Shown: in pieces, positions 61,101-64,000 of the stretch
Numbering within the stretch: position 1 is the stretch's first letter
Layout: each line of letters starts with the position of its first letter
Assembly: GCF_021869535.1 (NCBI RefSeq)
Contig: NW_026262680.1
Span: forward strand, 372,001-436,000
Reading direction: 5' to 3'
From: Mytilus californianus
Lineage: Eukaryota
Length of the DNA: 64,000 nt
Notes under the pieces: model-generated
Seen by the model: only the letters and a program-made list of their open reading frames with translations
Told to the model about the DNA's origin: nothing
Databases searched by the model: none
Position numbers and translations under genes: made by a program

Positions 61101-64000
61101 TATGTTTTTAAGATAGATATATACTCAAGTGAAAATCTGATCACTGAATTTCCTTAGTATTAAACTTCATGTGTCTGTCCCAAGCCTTCACTGTATTTCT
61201 GATATTCAGTAAAGTAAATGATTGATCCCATCAGACGAAAGATGTTGTTATGTATGTAATAATTGTAAAAAAAAAATAAATGTGGAATGTGTCCATGGGA
61301 CACAGATGATGCCCCCGCTTGCATATCATATAAAAATTATAAACGGACATAACTGAAGAACAGTAAAAGTGACCCTACCCAAATTTGAAATTGATCTGAG
61401 TTTTGTGGTAATAAGTATTGTGTATAAGTTTCATAAAATTTGGTTGAGGCAAACTTAAGTTAGAGAACTGAAACAAAAAATTCAGCAATTTTTCCCTTTC
61501 TAAAGGGGCATAATTCTAGAACGGTTAAAGTGACACCACCAAAATTCAAACTTGATCTGTATTTTGTGGTAATAAGCATTGTGTATAAGTTTCATAGCAT
61601 TTGGTTGAGGCAAACTAAAGTTAGTTGGGATCCTGCTAACATGTTTAACCCCGCAATATTTTGTATGTATGTGCCTGTCCCAAGTAAGGAGCCTGTAATT
61701 CAGTGGTTGTCATTTGTTTGTGTGTTACATATTTGTTTTTCGTTCATTTTTTGTACATAAATTAGGCCGTAAGAGGGGGGGGGGGGGGGGGGGGCATAAA
61801 AAAAATTGGCACTTTTAACCTAACATATATCTGTTTTAAGATATAAACTTATACGAAAATTTCCTTAGTATTAAACTTGTCTTAACTATATATATATAAC
61901 TGCATTAACATGGAACATCATCTTGAAAGAAATATTTAATATTCAAATTGAAGAAGTTCATGTCTTTGTTGTTGCTTTCAACTTTCCTTTCATCATGTTC
62001 ATCAGAACAAGTAAATAGAAAAACAAATTTTGAGTGACACATTTGATCATTCTGGCAGACTGATAATAATTTAATCATTGCTTTACCTTAATATAACATT
62101 TCTCACAAAGTTTCTTATTTACATATTGCTATACAATACCGGTAAATAATGGTTTATTTTCGTGTCTGTTTGCAATTTTAATCTTAATGAGGGCAATCAA
62201 CTCTTGCCATGTTCATGGTTCACCTTCCTCAGCCTTGTACAATGAATGCATTAATAAATGGCCATTGACATGTTGATGTAGAGTTAATCTAACTGTTAAA
62301 TTCCTGACGGGAACGTATAAAAAAATAAGACACACAAGAAAATTTCCAAAGAACCAAAAACCATCAGCAGGAAATCTGACAATCTTTCCAAAGCTAGGTT
62401 CAAACTAGCAACTTCGTAGATGGCAAGCTATTGATCACTGTAGGTGAACTATTTTAGACCACTTGGCCATCAAGGCTCAAAACATTATAGAAAACTGCAA
62501 CAACTCATTGAGGGTTCAAAATGTTGCCTAGTTTAAAAGCAAAATTTCAGTACCTTTTCAAAATAATAAAGGCAAATTTTAAATAGGTAAACTGAATCAC
62601 AAATAAATCTTAAACACCCATACAAAGATAGAGACTAGAGCTCTGCAGCAAATGAAATTAAACTATCCTTTTACACTAGCAATAAGCAGCATCAGTATTT
62701 TATTCCAAAAAGAGGGTGCACACAGTGGCACATTGGACGGATAAGTAGAAAATCATGCTTAAAAAAAACTGTTGCACTGCATGGCAAAAAGAAATTTCCA
62801 GTCATCAGGAAGCATCAGTGAAATCTGAGTTCAGGTTTAAAAGAGAAAGTTCACTAATGGGATATCAATTCAAATAAGGTAATAGTAATTCAAAACCTAA
62901 ATTTTGATTAAAATAGCTAAAGGCTACGAAACATAACCCTATAAAAATGTTTTGCGAATCAATTATCCTTTTAACATACTTATCAATAGGAAAGATAAAA
63001 GTGAACCAATAGTATAATTTAGACTGGATTATTTATGCAGCTTTTACTTTATCATGTTTATACCAGTATCTTTAACTGGCTAAATTCTAGACCTCTTCTG
63101 CTTGAATATTTCCATAATAAATTCTGAATATTAAATTGTCTTTTTCAGTGTTTTTTATCTCTTGTTAATAGCTATAGCTTTTCTGTGACCAGGGACTATG
63201 AGTTTATTATTCAACTAACTTTTTTAAGTACACAAAGAAAAAATTATTCAACAGAGGTCTTGGTGTTATAGTGAAAAGACAAATTAACATCTTTTGGTGT
63301 ACAGCTTAAATAATTTCTTGGAAGAAAAGAAAATGTTAAAATCTGTCTTACAATGAAAATAGTATATACCTTAACCCAATTAAAACATATATTTCCACTT
63401 TTATTATTTTTTTTCAGAAAAAAGAAAAAATTTAATGTCAAACAAATCAAAAGCAATTGTTTTTCCAATCATCAAGTTAATAAAAACAAAATAAAAGTTG
63501 GGCACACTAGTCTTGAAATTCCAGATTCAAGCATGAGTGTTGAATGATAAAGGAGCTAATGTTACCCATAAAAAATGTTTGTATCAAATTAGTCTGTCAA
63601 TGAACTTCGTCAAAATTTTGTAACAGGTCATGAAAATAGGTGTGAGGTAAGAAAATATATACACAGATGACAAGTTAGCAACCCGACAACACAAGAACCA
63701 TAAGAATGTCTAGAGGTCAACTCACAATCTGCAATAATACACACATTTGTAAATAAGTGGCTACATAATGTGTCGATCATGCTCTAAATTGTTCTGAATC
63801 CTGAATTTTGTTTACCAAAATTAACAAAGAGTGGTCAATGTTGTACCAAATTCCCTGATTTAACCTATATATACATACTGTATTTTTCAAATGGTGTGTC
63901 ATCTACTACAAAGGGTTCAAACTCTTCTCTGTGTTCAGACATGTAGTTACAAATCTCGAAGCGGTACTTGTAGTGATTACGACAGTGTCCTTCTAACTGG
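55189..64000 (-). CDS. OTUD3: OTU domain-containing deubiquitinase 3; the 5' end lies beyond the window
   Basis: Exons >64000-63879, 59139-59027, 58580-58452, 57805-57656, 56811-56715, 55972-55806, 55356-55189, all in phase. Motifs [62 protein letters not shown] (catalytic His), a UBA-like [20 protein letters not shown] region and C-terminal [12 protein letters not shown] match vertebrate OTUD3 as I recall it. Confidence 0.95.
56408..56650 (-). mobile_element. V-domain SINE (BivaV-like); further partial copies at 56065-56165 and 62340-62482
   Basis: The minus strand shows a tRNA-like head, aatcttaattgactaggattgccagtttt, ggttctctgc..gcttcctgcac..aaaaactg and tgctgaaagtggcatta. Confidence 0.7.
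57266..57548. mobile_element. MITE with tactgtggattcatt TIRs (TA ends) containing a 28-bp x4 tandem repeat
   Basis: Left tactgtggattcatt, right aatgaatccaaagta. The unit atccatgagaaaatgaatactaatgaat is repeated at 57429-57540. A related copy starts at 55382. Confidence 0.75.
60340..61260. repeat. Diverged ~195-220-bp tandem array (about 5 units) in the OTUD3 intron
   Basis: cttca..attactg..attcagtaaatt.aatg..cgatccc..gttatgtaatattgtaaaattgttatt recurs at ~60346, 60541, 60758, 60966 and 61186. Confidence 0.85.
61275..61800 (-). mobile_element. HINE-like element (48255 family), interrupted by a SINE-like insertion at 61625-61772
   Basis: The reverse complement of the 3' hairpin/subTIR is at 61285-61320, and the 5' end ggggcataaaa follows a poly-G at 61790-61800. 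Confidence 0.7.

Noticed and set aside
61775-61795. Poly-G/poly-C tracts (also 29597, 35842, 43890) as G-quadruplex regulatory elements
   Set aside because: They are homopolymers at repeat junctions, unreliable in length and without further support.

Overview
This is AT-rich eukaryotic (animal) genomic DNA, not prokaryotic. The repeat families (CORE-, V- and Meta-type SINEs, Helentron-like non-autonomous elements, Penelope-derived fragments) and the gene content point to a bivalve mollusc, most likely a Mytilus mussel (inference). By hand I rebuilt five protein-coding genes with in-phase GT-AG splicing. (1) An intronless RING/B-box/B-box/coiled-coil/beta-propeller TRIM gene (minus, 10225-12186). 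(2) A 9-exon secreted CAP/CRISP-type gene with hinge, EGF-like and ShKT domains (minus, 15899-24643, 296 aa). (3) A 3-exon PLAC8/cornifelin-like gene (minus, 31429-34537). (4) A 5-exon centrin/caltractin-like EF-hand gene with a Lys-rich N-terminus (plus, 39967-47292, 222 aa). (5) OTUD3 (minus, 55189 to beyond the window edge). The first 8.5 kb holds decayed copies of the TRIM gene and of the CRISP last exon, the remains of an old tandem segmental duplication. The most unusual structure is a 1.4-kb, base-perfect palindromic rearrangement (25156-26570) just upstream of the CRISP promoter, which reads like serial template switching inside a transposon. I found no CRISPR array, rRNA, true tRNA or intact autonomous transposon. 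I found no clearly new multi-gene system; the findings are mostly gene-family turnover and transposon-driven structural events. All alignments and counts were done by eye, so repeat boundaries are approximate.
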